32,000 nt of DNA, taken from Thermodesulfobacterium commune DSM 2178 (lineage in GTDB: Bacteria; Desulfobacterota; Thermodesulfobacteria; Thermodesulfobacteriales; Thermodesulfobacteriaceae). The position numbers and the translations under genes are program-made. The stretch covers positions 1,050,001-1,082,000 of the forward strand of contig NZ_CP008796.1 in assembly GCF_000734015.1 (NCBI RefSeq). Direction: 5' to 3'. Below are positions 1-9,051 of the stretch, piece after piece; within the stretch, counting starts at the first letter, position 1, and each line of letters opens with the position of its first letter. The notes beneath the pieces are model-generated. The model saw only the letters and a list, made by a program, of their open reading frames with translations. It was not told the origin of the DNA and did not search any database.

Positions 1-576
1 TGTTTTAGCTGTGGTCCTGTTAAAAACCTTAACTGTATAGGAGATGGAGGAGCTGTAGTTACCAACGATGATGAATTAGCTTTTAAACTTAAGTTTCTAA
101 GGGTGCATGGACAGGTAGAAAAAAACCATTCTCATTTTTTTGGATTTAACTCAAGACTTGATGAACTTCAGGCTGTCATTCTTAATGCAAGACTTAAAAC
201 TTTAGACAAAAAAAATGAGAAAAGAAGAGAGATAGCTAAAAAATACCACGAAGGGCTTTCTGACCTTAAAAACCTTATTTTACCTCCCCTTGACCCCGAA
301 TACAAACAAAGTGTTTATCATAGGTATGTAATAAGAACTCCTTTTAGAGATGAGTTAGTCTCTTTTTTAAAAGAAAAAGGTGTAGGAACAGGGTATTATT
401 ATCCTATTCCTTTACACTTACATAAAAGTTATCAAATCACCTATCAGAAATCTTTTAGCCTTCCTGTAGCAGAAAGACTAGCCAAAGAATCACTTGCTAT
501 TCCTATGTATCCTGAGTTAACTGATGAAGAAATAGACTATGTTATAAGCTGTATAAGGGAATTTTTCCAGAAATAA
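1..576 (+). CDS. DegT/DnrJ/EryC1/StrS-family (ArnB-like) sugar aminotransferase, C-terminal part; 5' end lies outside the window
   Basis: Frame 1 is open from base 1 (CFSCGPVKNLNCIGDGGAVVTNDDELA..RVHGQ..GFNSRLDELQAVIL), matching the conserved C-terminal half of DegT-type PLP aminotransferases. Stop at 574-576. The ORF-track Met at 103 is internal. Confidence 0.85.
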   Translation, partial: CFSCGPVKNLNCIGDGGAVVTNDDELAFKLKFLRVHGQVEKNHSHFFGFNSRLDELQAVILNARLKTLDKKNEKRREIAKKYHEGLSDLKNLILPPLDPEYKQSVYHRYVIRTPFRDELVSFLKEKGVGTGYYYPIPLHLHKSYQITYQKSFSLPVAERLAKESLAIPMYPELTDEEIDYVISCIREFFQK

Positions 577-585
577 GGATAGCTT

Positions 586-1488
586 ATGAAGATTTCGCTT
601 GTTATACCTGTGCATAACGAGGAAGGAAACGTTCCTATAGTTTATCAAGAAGCTAAAACTGTTCTTGAAACCCTTAAAGCTAAAGGGTATCAATACGAAA
701 TCATCTTTGTAAACGACGGGAGCACAGACAGGACTTTAGAAATCCTTAAAGAATTAAAAAAAAAAGATCCTTTTTTAAGAATACTGAACATGGATCGCAA
801 CCGTGGAGAAGCAGCGGGTCTCACTGCAGGCTTTCAAAAAGCTACCGGAGATATTATCGTTTCTATGGACGGAGACGGACAAAACGACCCTAAGTATATC
901 GTAGATCTAATAGAGAAGATAGAAACAGGTTATAAGGTAGTCACTGGTTTCAGGTTAAAAAGAAAGGAAAATTTTTGGATAAGAGTTCTTCCGTCAAAAA
1001 TAGCCAATTGGTTAATTAGTATTTTTACAGGGTTAAAAGTACGGGATAATGGATGCTCGTTAAAGGCCTATCTTTCACCTATACCCAAAAAATATCAAAT
1101 ACCCCATGGTTTTCACAGGTTTTTACCAGCTCTCTTTGGGATTAAAAACGAAGAAGTATGTGAGATACCTATAATTGACCGTCCAAGGATATATGGAAAA
1201 TCCCATTATAACTTAAAACGAACCTTTGAGGTAGTAAGAGAACTTCTTACCATCCCCTTTGTGCTTAGAAATGCATGTTTTTATGAAAAATTTTTTAAAA
1301 TTAACTTTTGGGTCTCGATAGGTGTAGGGATAATACTATTGTTTTTAGCTATAAAGGTTTCTCCTAAATTTTGGGTCTTAGAATTTTTTAACTTAGGCTA
1401 TACCTCTATTTCTTATTTAATCTGGAAAAACTTAGCTCGATTTAACCAGGCTCAAAAAGAAGGTGTTTTTCAGGTAGAAGAAATTTAA
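586..1488 (+). CDS. Family-2 glycosyltransferase, ArnC / polyprenyl-phosphate sugar transferase-like
   Basis: 300 aa with GT-A motifs (VIPVHNEE, VNDGSTD, DGDGQND) and C-terminal hydrophobic helices. It starts 9 nt after the aminotransferase gene, the same order as arnB-arnC. Confidence 0.8.
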   Translation: MKISLVIPVHNEEGNVPIVYQEAKTVLETLKAKGYQYEIIFVNDGSTDRTLEILKELKKKDPFLRILNMDRNRGEAAGLTAGFQKATGDIIVSMDGDGQNDPKYIVDLIEKIETGYKVVTGFRLKRKENFWIRVLPSKIANWLISIFTGLKVRDNGCSLKAYLSPIPKKYQIPHGFHRFLPALFGIKNEEVCEIPIIDRPRIYGKSHYNLKRTFEVVRELLTIPFVLRNACFYEKFFKINFWVSIGVGIILLFLAIKVSPKFWVLEFFNLGYTSISYLIWKNLARFNQAQKEGVFQVEEI

Positions 1489-1542
1489 AAACCTGGTAAA
1501 ATTGTCCTATCTAAATAGATTTTTAAGGGAGGGGTAAAAACA

Positions 1543-2781
1543 ATGTCATTTTTAAAAACAGTGGACCCTGATATCTGGGAACTAATACAAAAAGAAAGAG
1601 ACAGACAAGAATATCAGCTTGAGATGATAGCTTCTGAAAACTTAGCCCATGAAGCTATCATGGAGGCAGAAGGTTCTTATTTGATGAACAAATATGCTGA
1701 GGGATATCCAGAGGCTCGTTATTACGGAGGGTGTACTTATGTAGATGAGGTGGAAAAACTTGCCATAGAGAGAGTAAAGATGCTTTTTGGGGCTGAGCAT
1801 GCTAACGTACAACCCCATTCTGGTACTCAGGCTAACATGGCTGTATATTTTGCTGTATTAAACCCTGGAGATACCATACTTTCGATGAACCTCTCACATG
1901 GAGGCCATCTTTCTCACGGAGCTGCTGTTAATTTTTCTGGGAAACTTTACAAAATCGTTCATTATGGTGTATCAAGGGAAACTGAAACCATCGACTACGA
2001 AGAGGTAAGAAGGTTAGCCCTTGAACATAGGCCTAAACTCATAGTGGCAGGAGCTAGTGCTTATCCCAGAACCATAGACTTTGAAGCTTTCTATCAGATA
2101 GCCCAGGAAGTAGGGGCTTTCTTGATGGTAGACATGGCGCATATCGCGGGTTTAGTAGCCGCAGGTATCCACCCTTCGCCCCTTCCTTATGCTGATTTTG
2201 TGACCTCAACCACCCATAAAACCTTAAGAGGACCAAGAGGTGGATTTATTCTTTGTAAAGAAAAGTTTGCAAAAATCATAGATAAAACGGTTTTTCCAGG
2301 TATACAAGGTGGTCCTCACATGAACGTAATAGCTGCTAAAGCTGTTTGTTTTAAACAGGCCTTAGAGCCTGAGTTTAAATCCTACCAACAACAAGTGGTT
2401 AAAAACGCTAAAACTATAGCGGAAGTGTTTAAAGCTGAAGGTTTTAGGATTGTTACTGGTGGTACAGATAATCATTTGATTTTGGTAGATGTTTCGGTAA
2501 ACGGCCTTACCGGTGCAGAGGCTGAAAAACTTTTAGAAGAGGCAGGTATTACGGTCAACAAAAATGCTATACCTTTTGACCCACGTCCTCCAAGGATTAC
2601 CAGCGGGATCAGGATAGGAACCCCAGCGATTACTACCAGAGGATTAAAGGAAAAAGAAGTAGAAGAGGTGGCTCACTACATGTGTGCTGTTTTGAAAAAT
2701 CCAGATAAAAAAGGATTGCGTAAAGAGATAAGGCAAAAAATAAGAGAGATTTGCGAAAGGTTCCCTTTTTACAAGAGGTAA
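1543..2781 (+). CDS. glyA: Serine hydroxymethyltransferase
   Basis: 412 aa, SHMT-like along its whole length, including the PLP-lysine motif [12 protein letters not shown]. Strong SD (AAGGGAGGGG) upstream. Confidence 0.97.
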   Translation: MSFLKTVDPDIWELIQKERDRQEYQLEMIASENLAHEAIMEAEGSYLMNKYAEGYPEARYYGGCTYVDEVEKLAIERVKMLFGAEHANVQPHSGTQANMAVYFAVLNPGDTILSMNLSHGGHLSHGAAVNFSGKLYKIVHYGVSRETETIDYEEVRRLALEHRPKLIVAGASAYPRTIDFEAFYQIAQEVGAFLMVDMAHIAGLVAAGIHPSPLPYADFVTSTTHKTLRGPRGGFILCKEKFAKIIDKTVFPGIQGGPHMNVIAAKAVCFKQALEPEFKSYQQQVVKNAKTIAEVFKAEGFRIVTGGTDNHLILVDVSVNGLTGAEAEKLLEEAGITVNKNAIPFDPRPPRITSGIRIGTPAITTRGLKEKEVEEVAHYMCAVLKNPDKKGLRKEIRQKIREICERFPFYKR

Positions 2782-2787
2782 GATCTT

Positions 2788-3339
2788 ATGGAACGTCCAA
2801 GCTGGCATGAATATTTTATGCTTATAGCAAAGATGGTTGCACTAAGGTCCGGATGTAATTCCAGACCTACAGGCGCGGTGATAGTAAAAGACAAAAGAAT
2901 TTTAGCTACCGGATACAACGGCCCCATGCCTGGGGCTTGGCATTGTACAGATAAAGGACCTACCTATTGTTTTAGAAGAGAAAAGGGGATTCCAGACATA
3001 GATAAATATAATTTCTGTAGGGCTACTCATGCTGAGGCTAACGCGATCGCTCAGGCCGCAAGATTTGGAATTCCAGTAGAAGGAGCCAGTCTTTACTGTA
3101 CGCTTGCTCCTTGTTATGTTTGTCTAAAATTAATCGCCTCTGCTGGAATCAAAGAAGTCTACTATGAATATGACTACGAAAGCAGAGATTTTGAAAGGGA
3201 CCTTTTTTGGAAAGAGGCTATAAAGGAAGCAGGGATCAAAGTTTTTAAACAAATTGTGGTATCCGAAGAAACTATGAAAGCTCTTTCAACCATCCTACCC
3301 TACCCTACCTCTCAAAGAAGACTCCCTCCTACAGAATAA
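2788..3339 (+). CDS. Deoxycytidylate (dCMP)/cytidine deaminase family protein
   Basis: 183 aa with the zinc-deaminase motifs HAEANAI and PCYVCLKLI. SD GAGGT upstream. Confidence 0.85.
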   Translation: MERPSWHEYFMLIAKMVALRSGCNSRPTGAVIVKDKRILATGYNGPMPGAWHCTDKGPTYCFRREKGIPDIDKYNFCRATHAEANAIAQAARFGIPVEGASLYCTLAPCYVCLKLIASAGIKEVYYEYDYESRDFERDLFWKEAIKEAGIKVFKQIVVSEETMKALSTILPYPTSQRRLPPTE

Positions 3340-3443
3340 AGCTTTACTTTTTCAACTCTTTCTGTTGATTTTTGCCTTAAAAAGTCTTATTTTTTTGTAT
3401 AAAAAGAACTTTTTGTATAAAAAGGAAACCGGAGGGTAAGTTT

Positions 3444-4361
3444 ATGTCTAAGGATTATTATGAGATCCTTGGAGTTCCAAGAAATGCTACGCAAGAAGAG
3501 ATTAAAAAGGCCTATCGTAAACTGGCCATGAAATATCATCCTGACAGAAACAAAGGCAACAAAGAAGCAGAGGAAAAGTTTAAAGAAATAAACGAAGCCT
3601 ATGCAGTTTTGTCAGACCCTGAAAAAAGAAAGCTTTATGACCTTTATGGGTCAACAGAATTCCAGAGAAGATATACGCAAGAAGACATCTTTAGAGATTT
3701 CGATTTCGAGACCATCTTTAGAGATATAGGAATTGACTTAGGCGGATTTTTTAAGAAAAACAAGAGGGGAGGTAGAACATTTATTTTTGACTTAGGGGAC
3801 ATTTTTAGCAACCTCTTTGGAACCCACTTTGGAGGAGAAGAAGACTTTAGCCCATTTGGCGAGGTTTATGAAACCATACAATTAGACCTTCCTCTTACTA
3901 CCGATGAGATTATAAAAGGTGGGGAAAAAGAAGTTATTCTTCCAGGAACTTATGAAACCATAAAGATCAAAATACCTCAAAATGTAAAAGATGGACAAAT
4001 CCTTAGGGTAAAAAAGAAATCAGGGAAAACCACAAAGGAATATCTTTTTAGAGTAAAAATAATACCTTCTTCAGGCTATAAGGTTGAAGACAGTAACCTT
4101 ATCATAGAAAAAGAACTTCCTGTGAGCAGTTTTTTCTTGGGCGATGAGGTAGAAATCCAAACCCCTGAAGGAAGAAAGGTTAAAGCCAAAGTTCCACCTT
4201 TAACCAAACCTGGAGCTAAACTAAGACTCAAAGGGTTAGGCCTCCCCATCACTGGAGAAAAACGAGGGGATCTTTATGTGGTTTTAGTTCCTAAAATACC
4301 AAAAGCTCTTACTGAAGAGCAAAAAAAATTAATAGAAAAACTAAAAACCTTAGGGCTTTAA
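3444..4361 (+). CDS. J-domain co-chaperone without zinc finger (CbpA/DnaJ class II-like)
   Basis: 305 aa. It has an N-terminal J domain with HPD ([10 protein letters not shown]), a G/F-rich linker and a DnaJ C-terminal substrate-binding region. No CxxCxGxG repeats. SD GGAGGG upstream. Confidence 0.85.
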   Translation: MSKDYYEILGVPRNATQEEIKKAYRKLAMKYHPDRNKGNKEAEEKFKEINEAYAVLSDPEKRKLYDLYGSTEFQRRYTQEDIFRDFDFETIFRDIGIDLGGFFKKNKRGGRTFIFDLGDIFSNLFGTHFGGEEDFSPFGEVYETIQLDLPLTTDEIIKGGEKEVILPGTYETIKIKIPQNVKDGQILRVKKKSGKTTKEYLFRVKIIPSSGYKVEDSNLIIEKELPVSSFFLGDEVEIQTPEGRKVKAKVPPLTKPGAKLRLKGLGLPITGEKRGDLYVVLVPKIPKALTEEQKKLIEKLKTLGL

Positions 4362-4368
4362 TTCTTTG

Positions 4369-4396
4369 TTGACAAACCTTTTAAAAGTTTTAAAAT
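4369..4396 (+). promoter_or_regulatory. Candidate sigma70-type promoter for the spermidine-synthase-like gene
   Basis: TTGACA (4369-4374), 16-nt spacer, TAAAAT (4391-4396), about 50 nt upstream of the ATG at 4445. Confidence 0.4.
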
Positions 4397-4444
4397 TTGG
4401 ATTAGCCATTAACTTCTCTAAAACATCCTTAAAAGGGGTTTCCT

Positions 4445-5353
4445 ATGGTCAAAGATATTATGAGTAAAGCCCTTCCCACTGAAACCAAAGGCGTAAGGGT
4501 ACTTTTTGGAGAATTTGTAAACATAGATTATCTTTATTCTTATTTAGGAACTATTATTTATGCTGAATCAGGGATGCAAAATATTTTTATTTTAGAAAAC
4601 AAGTTTTGGGGTAGGATGCTTTTTATTAACAACAACCTTCAGTTTACTTCAAGAGACGAGTTTATCTACCATGAATCTTTGGTACATATCCCTGTTCAAT
4701 CCACCCCTGAAGGTAGTATTAAGAAAGTTTTAATTTGTGGTGGAGGAGACTACGGGGCAGCAAGAGAACTTTTGAAATATCCAGAGATAGAAGAAGTGGT
4801 TATCGTAGACATAGACCCTAAAATACCTAAGTTAGTAGAAGAATACTTCCCTGAGCTTTTACCTGAAGATCCAAAGGACCCAAGGCTTAAACTGATAGTA
4901 GAAGATGCTTTTGTTATGGTGCAAAAATATTTAGATGAGGGGAAGGCCTTTGATTTGGTAATCATAGATTCTACAGACCCTGATATAAGTGACACAGGTA
5001 TTACGCAGGAGCTTTCTCATGCCCTGTTTGGAGTAAAATTTCATCAGATGCTTTATGAGCTTTGTCCTAAAGGAGTTGTTGTACAACAATGTGGGACTCC
5101 GTTTACGATGAAAAACATTTTTACAGAAACTTATAAAACCTTCATAAACGTTTATCCTGCAAAAGAGGTGTTTTGCTATAGAAGCAATGTACCATCCTTT
5201 GGTAGTGATAATGCTTTTATCATGAGATGCCCTTATCCTAACCCAGAAATTCCAAAATGGAAAGAATTACCAAATGTATACTTTTATTCTCATGAAATAC
5301 ATCGTTCAGCCTTTGGTCTTCCTAAATTTTGGAGGGAGGCCTTAGCGGTATGA
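4445..5353 (+). CDS. Spermidine synthase-like class I methyltransferase-fold protein
   Basis: 302 aa with aminopropyltransferase core motifs (VLICGGGDYGAARELLKY, VVIVDID, IIDSTDP). Confidence 0.7.
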   Translation: MVKDIMSKALPTETKGVRVLFGEFVNIDYLYSYLGTIIYAESGMQNIFILENKFWGRMLFINNNLQFTSRDEFIYHESLVHIPVQSTPEGSIKKVLICGGGDYGAARELLKYPEIEEVVIVDIDPKIPKLVEEYFPELLPEDPKDPRLKLIVEDAFVMVQKYLDEGKAFDLVIIDSTDPDISDTGITQELSHALFGVKFHQMLYELCPKGVVVQQCGTPFTMKNIFTETYKTFINVYPAKEVFCYRSNVPSFGSDNAFIMRCPYPNPEIPKWKELPNVYFYSHEIHRSAFGLPKFWREALAV

Positions 5354-6063
5354 AGGTCTTAGGGGTGTTAGGTTCGCCTCACAAAAACGGTGGGTCTGCT
5401 CAGCTTTTACTTGCTGCCTTAAAAGGGGCAGAAAGAGAAGGAGCTAAAACTGAGCTGGTCAGTGTTTACGACGGAGAAATAAAACCTTGTATAGGATGTA
5501 TCCATGACGAAGAGCCTAACTGTAAGTTTCCTTGCATATTTGAAGACTATGGAAAAATCATTTTAGAAAAAATCTATGAAGCAGACGGTATTATCTTTTC
5601 TACCCCGATTTATTGGTTTGCACCTTCTGGGCAGTTAAAAAACCTGATAGACCGCATGACTTGTCTTGAAAACATGGTCTCCTACGGAGAACCAAGTTAT
5701 CTCGAAGGAAAAGTAGTAGGTGCTATAGCTGTAGGGGCAGACGAAGGGGGAGCCTGGACAGGAGGTTATATCATTACTACCATGACCTCAATGGGGGCTA
5801 TCATTCCCCCCTGGGGTATTGCTTACTCACATAAGGCAGACAGAGCTATTTATGATGATAAAGCCTTGATGGATGCGATAAACATCGGTATCTTAACCAC
5901 AAGAACTATAGCAAGACTTAAAGGGATCCCTACAGATTTAACCTTTGTTTATAACAAAGATCTTCTTGAAAACATCAGAAAGGAAGTTATCGTAAGTTTA
6001 AATTTTATAAACACAGGAAAGGAAGGCTATGGAAAAAGACAAGCTAAAAGAAGCAGTATTTAA
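5350..6063 (+). CDS. Flavodoxin-like FMN reductase / iron-sulfur flavoprotein family
   Basis: The ATG at 5350 overlaps the upstream stop (ATGA) and follows GGAGGGAGG. MKVLGVLGSPHKNGG.. is the FMN-reductase fold, and there is a Cys cluster CIGC..C..PC. The ORF-track TTG at 5329 is less likely. Confidence 0.75.
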   Translation: MKVLGVLGSPHKNGGSAQLLLAALKGAEREGAKTELVSVYDGEIKPCIGCIHDEEPNCKFPCIFEDYGKIILEKIYEADGIIFSTPIYWFAPSGQLKNLIDRMTCLENMVSYGEPSYLEGKVVGAIAVGADEGGAWTGGYIITTMTSMGAIIPPWGIAYSHKADRAIYDDKALMDAINIGILTTRTIARLKGIPTDLTFVYNKDLLENIRKEVIVSLNFINTGKEGYGKRQAKRSSI

Positions 6064-6556
6064 GGCTATTTTTGATAGAAGAAGTATAAGAAAGTATTTA
6101 GACCAAAAACCTGACAAGAAATTAATTTATAAGCTGTTAGAAGCAGGTATATGGGCTCCTTCTGGGTTAAATAACCAACCTTGGAGGTTTGTAATAGTCT
6201 GGTCTGAAGAAATTAAACAAAAGCTGGCAGCCTTAACCAGATATCATGAAATCATCAAAAAGGCTCCGGTTTTAATTGGCGTGTTTTTAGATAAAGACAG
6301 GATGTACCACCAGATAAAAGACCATCAATCTGCAGGGGCTTGTATCCAAAACATCCTGCTTGCAGCTCATGCCTCTGGTCTTGGGGCCTGTTGGTTAGGT
6401 GAAATCTTAAAAAACGAAGAAAAAGTAAAAGAGGTCCTCTCCTTACCTAAGGAGAAATACGAACTTGCAGCTTTTATCGCTTTAGGATATCCAGATGATC
6501 AAAGTAAAAGGACCTCCAGACAACCTTTAGAAAACTTTATCATCAAAGAGATTTAA
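6029..6556 (+). CDS. Nitroreductase family protein (copy 1)
   Basis: 175 aa with RRSIRKY.., PSGLNNQPWRF, and a conserved C-terminal GYP. SD AGGAAAGGAAGG upstream. It overlaps the flavoprotein gene by 35 nt. Confidence 0.85.
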   Translation: MEKDKLKEAVFKAIFDRRSIRKYLDQKPDKKLIYKLLEAGIWAPSGLNNQPWRFVIVWSEEIKQKLAALTRYHEIIKKAPVLIGVFLDKDRMYHQIKDHQSAGACIQNILLAAHASGLGACWLGEILKNEEKVKEVLSLPKEKYELAAFIALGYPDDQSKRTSRQPLENFIIKEI

Positions 6557-6577
6557 AAGACTAAGCAGGGGGTTCTC

Positions 6578-7339
6578 ATGACCAAAAAATTCGTTCCCTT
6601 GATGTTAAGCTTGAGTTTTATTTTAGTAGGATGTAGTAAAGGATTAGGAGGTTCAGGCGGTTGTCCTACAGTAAAAGAATTCCAAAAAAAATTAGATAAC
6701 CTTCAGCCTGGAATTCAAATAGAAAAAATCGAAAAATCACCGATTCCAGGGTTATGTAAAGTAGTGATTAAAATATCGGAGTTTAATAAAGCTCTGTTTT
6801 ATACTGACGCAAAAGGAAATTACATCATAAGTGGGAACATCATTGACATAGCACAAAAAAAAGATATCATCAGAGAAGAGATGGAAAAATTAAACAAAAA
6901 AGTGCTTGATAAAAACACATTAGCAGAGGTAGAAAAGCTTGTTGACCTTACCTATGGCAACTCTCCTAACGTAGTATACTTTATTACTGACCCTGACTGT
7001 CCTGTCTGTAAACGTGCTGAACCTGTGTTAGAAAACCTGGCTAAAGAGGGGAAGATAACGGTCAAAACCATACTTTTACCCTTAGAGTCTTTACATCCCG
7101 AGGCCAAAAATAAATCTATATCTCTTATCTGTGATAAAAAAGGTTTTCAAGACCTTATCCAAGGATATAAAGGGGCTAACCTTTGTGCTTCAGGAAAAGA
7201 AAAAATAGAAAAAAACATAGATTTTATGTTTAACAAAATAGGAGTAACCGGGACCCCTGCTTTTATCTTCCCAGACGGAGAAGTTGTAATAGGTTGGGTA
7301 GGTCCGGAGTTTATTCTCAACAAGTTTAACTTGCGATAA
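6578..7339 (+). CDS. DsbC/DsbG-like thioredoxin-fold lipoprotein (copy 1)
   Basis: 253 aa with a lipoprotein signal ending in the lipobox LVGC and a CPVC redox motif in a thioredoxin-like C-terminal domain. Confidence 0.75.
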   Translation: MTKKFVPLMLSLSFILVGCSKGLGGSGGCPTVKEFQKKLDNLQPGIQIEKIEKSPIPGLCKVVIKISEFNKALFYTDAKGNYIISGNIIDIAQKKDIIREEMEKLNKKVLDKNTLAEVEKLVDLTYGNSPNVVYFITDPDCPVCKRAEPVLENLAKEGKITVKTILLPLESLHPEAKNKSISLICDKKGFQDLIQGYKGANLCASGKEKIEKNIDFMFNKIGVTGTPAFIFPDGEVVIGWVGPEFILNKFNLR

Positions 7340-7343
7340 AAAT

Positions 7344-7901
7344 ATGTTAACCGTTCAAGAAAAACTTTTTTGCTTAAAACTGGCAAGAAAAACCTTAGAA
7401 GACTATTTTAAAGGAACTTATGAACTAATTAACCCTCCAGACAAATACCCCTCTCTTAAACAAAAGAGAGGGGCTTTTGTGACCTTGCTTAAGGAAGGCA
7501 ATCTGAGAGGGTGTATCGGGATTATCGAACCTTTATACCCTCTCTATCAAGTAATCCAAGAAATGGCTATCTCTGCAGCCTTTAAAGACCCAAGGTTTCC
7601 ACCCCTTACAAAGGAGGAGCTTTCTCTTACAGAAATAGAAATTTCAGTTCTATCTCCTCTTAAAAAAGGAACTATAGAAGAGATAGAGGTAGGGAAACAC
7701 GGGGTATATTTAATCAAAGGCTTTTATCGAGGCGTACTCCTTCCTCAAGTACCTGTAGAGTATGGTTGGGACAAAAAGACCTTTTTAGAACACCTCTGTC
7801 TTAAAGCTGGCCTTCACCCTAACTGTTATAAGGAAAAAGACGTAGAAATCTATCTTTTTACGGCAGAGGTTTTTAAAGAAAGCGAATTTTTTAAAAACTA
7901 A
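7344..7901 (+). CDS. AMMECR1 domain protein (copy 1)
   Basis: 185 aa with the typical AMMECR1 signature (RGAFVTL..G.LRGCIG, DPRFPPL, LLPQV). Confidence 0.85.
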   Translation: MLTVQEKLFCLKLARKTLEDYFKGTYELINPPDKYPSLKQKRGAFVTLLKEGNLRGCIGIIEPLYPLYQVIQEMAISAAFKDPRFPPLTKEELSLTEIEISVLSPLKKGTIEEIEVGKHGVYLIKGFYRGVLLPQVPVEYGWDKKTFLEHLCLKAGLHPNCYKEKDVEIYLFTAEVFKESEFFKN

Positions 7902-8115
7902 TCAAGCCTTTTTGTCTATTCTAAATAGGCTTATCAACTGGTCCCTAATTTGCCGATAGAGAATAAAATCAAAAATCTTTCTTTAATCTTTAAACTTAAA
8001 AATCATAATCCTTAGTTACTTTCTATAGTTCTTCCCCAACTCTCATATAAAATCTATTCCATTCTCTACCTGTAACTACTCCTCTCAATCTTTTTCCCCT
8101 GATTCTAAACATATT

Positions 8116-8181
8116 TTTATAACAAAAGTCTTCTTGAAACCATCAGAAAAGAGGTTATCGCAAGTTTAAATTTTATAAACA
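8116..8181 (+). pseudogene. 66-nt fragment of a second, diverged copy of the flavoprotein gene 3' end
   Basis: It aligns to 5948-6013 with 6 mismatches and would encode ..YNKSLLETIRKEVIASLNFIN. Homology stops exactly where the MDH fragment begins. Confidence 0.8.
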
Positions 8182-8735
8182 TGGTGTATGTGGCTTACAA
8201 GGTGACGGGTTTCTCAAGGGAAAGGGTTATAGGAATGGCTGGGGTCCTTGATTCTGCTCGTTATCGGTATTTCATTGCAGAAGCCTTAGGGGTAAGCCCT
8301 GCTGATGTTTCTGCGCTTGTGCTTGGCATCCATGGCGACCATATGGTGCCCCTTGTGCGGCTTGCTAATGTCGCTGGGGTGCCCATAACTCAACTTCTTT
8401 CTCAAGAAAAGGTCGAAGAAATAGTAAAAAGGACGAAGTATGGAGGGGGCGAGATCGTAAGCCTTCTTAAGACTGGTAGCGCCTTTATCACCCCAGGGTT
8501 AGCCACGATTGAGATGGCTGAATCTATACTTAAAGATGCAAAAAGGGTGTTGACTTGTTCAGTGCTTTTGAAAGGTGAATACGGCATTTCTGGCGTCTTT
8601 CTTGGCGTCCCTGTTATCCTTGGAAGGCAAGGAGTAGAAAGGATCCTTGAGTTTGACCTTCTACCAGAAGAGAGTGAAGCTTTGTTAGCCGGAGCCAAAG
8701 TCTGCGAAGCCTTAATCTCTCAGCTTGAACTGTAG
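8181..8735 (+). pseudogene. mdh: 5'-truncated LDH-like malate dehydrogenase (C-terminal ~184 codons only)
   Basis: VYVAYKVTGFSRERVIGMAGVLDSARYRYFIAEALGVS..GIHGDHMVPL.. matches the catalytic/C-terminal domain of MDH. The NAD-binding N-terminal ~125 aa are absent. The ATG sits at the junction and has no SD. A sample line (8281-8340) is about 57% GC. Confidence 0.8.
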
Positions 8736-8871
8736 AAGTTTTAGGCAGATTTAGTAGATTGGGGCTAATTTAGATGAAATGTTGCTCAATGCGCTTGGTA
8801 GATAAAATGAGCATCTAAGCATAGAATAGCAGAAGTTAAAATTTAAGATAAATATATTGTCTAATATATTA

Positions 8872-8896
8872 TTAAGGCCTTAAATTAAGGCCTTAA
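8872..8896. promoter_or_regulatory. Operator-like pair of 12-bp perfect palindromes TTAAGGCCTTAA (unit 1)
   Basis: TTAAGGCCTTAA at 8872-8883 and 8885-8896, 13-bp period, ending 22 nt upstream of the duplicated ATG at 8919. The sequence is certain. The function is inferred. Confidence 0.35.
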
Positions 8897-8918
8897 ATGA
8901 AATATCAAATTTTAATGT

Positions 8919-9008
8919 ATGAACATTGAAAATTCTAACAACAAACTGAAAGAAAAATTAAATAGCTTTCTTGATTATCATAAAACTCTTTTTATAATAT
9001 ATTATTAA
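8919..9008 (+). other. 29-codon ORF created by the tandem duplication (first 25 codons identical to the helicase gene)
   Basis: MNIENSNNKLKEKLNSFLDYHKTLF then IIYY-stop. The stop (9006-9008) lies inside the first palindrome of unit 2. Confidence 0.3.
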
Positions 9009-9029
9009 GGCCTTAAATTAAGGCCTTAA
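9005..9029. promoter_or_regulatory. Operator-like pair of 12-bp perfect palindromes TTAAGGCCTTAA (unit 2)
   Basis: Palindromes at 9005-9016 and 9018-9029, ending 22 nt upstream of the helicase ATG (9052). No SD lies between them and the ATG. Confidence 0.35.
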
Positions 9030-9051
9030 ATGAAATATCAAATTTTAATGT

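Larger units (their letters stand above)
5948..7941. repeat. Copy 1 of a ~2 kb segmental direct repeat (partner: 8116-8181 plus 13669-15595)
   Basis: Aligned by eye. The offset is 2168 for the first 66 nt and 7654 for the rest. The edges are diverged. I saw no difference in 6173-7911. Confidence 0.9.

Noticed and set aside
7904-7932. Hairpin AAGCCT..AGGCTT after AMMECR1 (and its variant at 15558-15586) as an intrinsic terminator
   Set aside because: The stem is short with a mismatch, the loop is large, and no T-tract follows. The two copies differ in the stem without compensatory changes.
8872-9029. Repeated TTAAGGCCTTAA units as a mini-CRISPR array
   Set aside because: The units are 12 bp and abutting, with no spacers. 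The four copies arise from a pair duplicated by the 133-bp tandem repeat.
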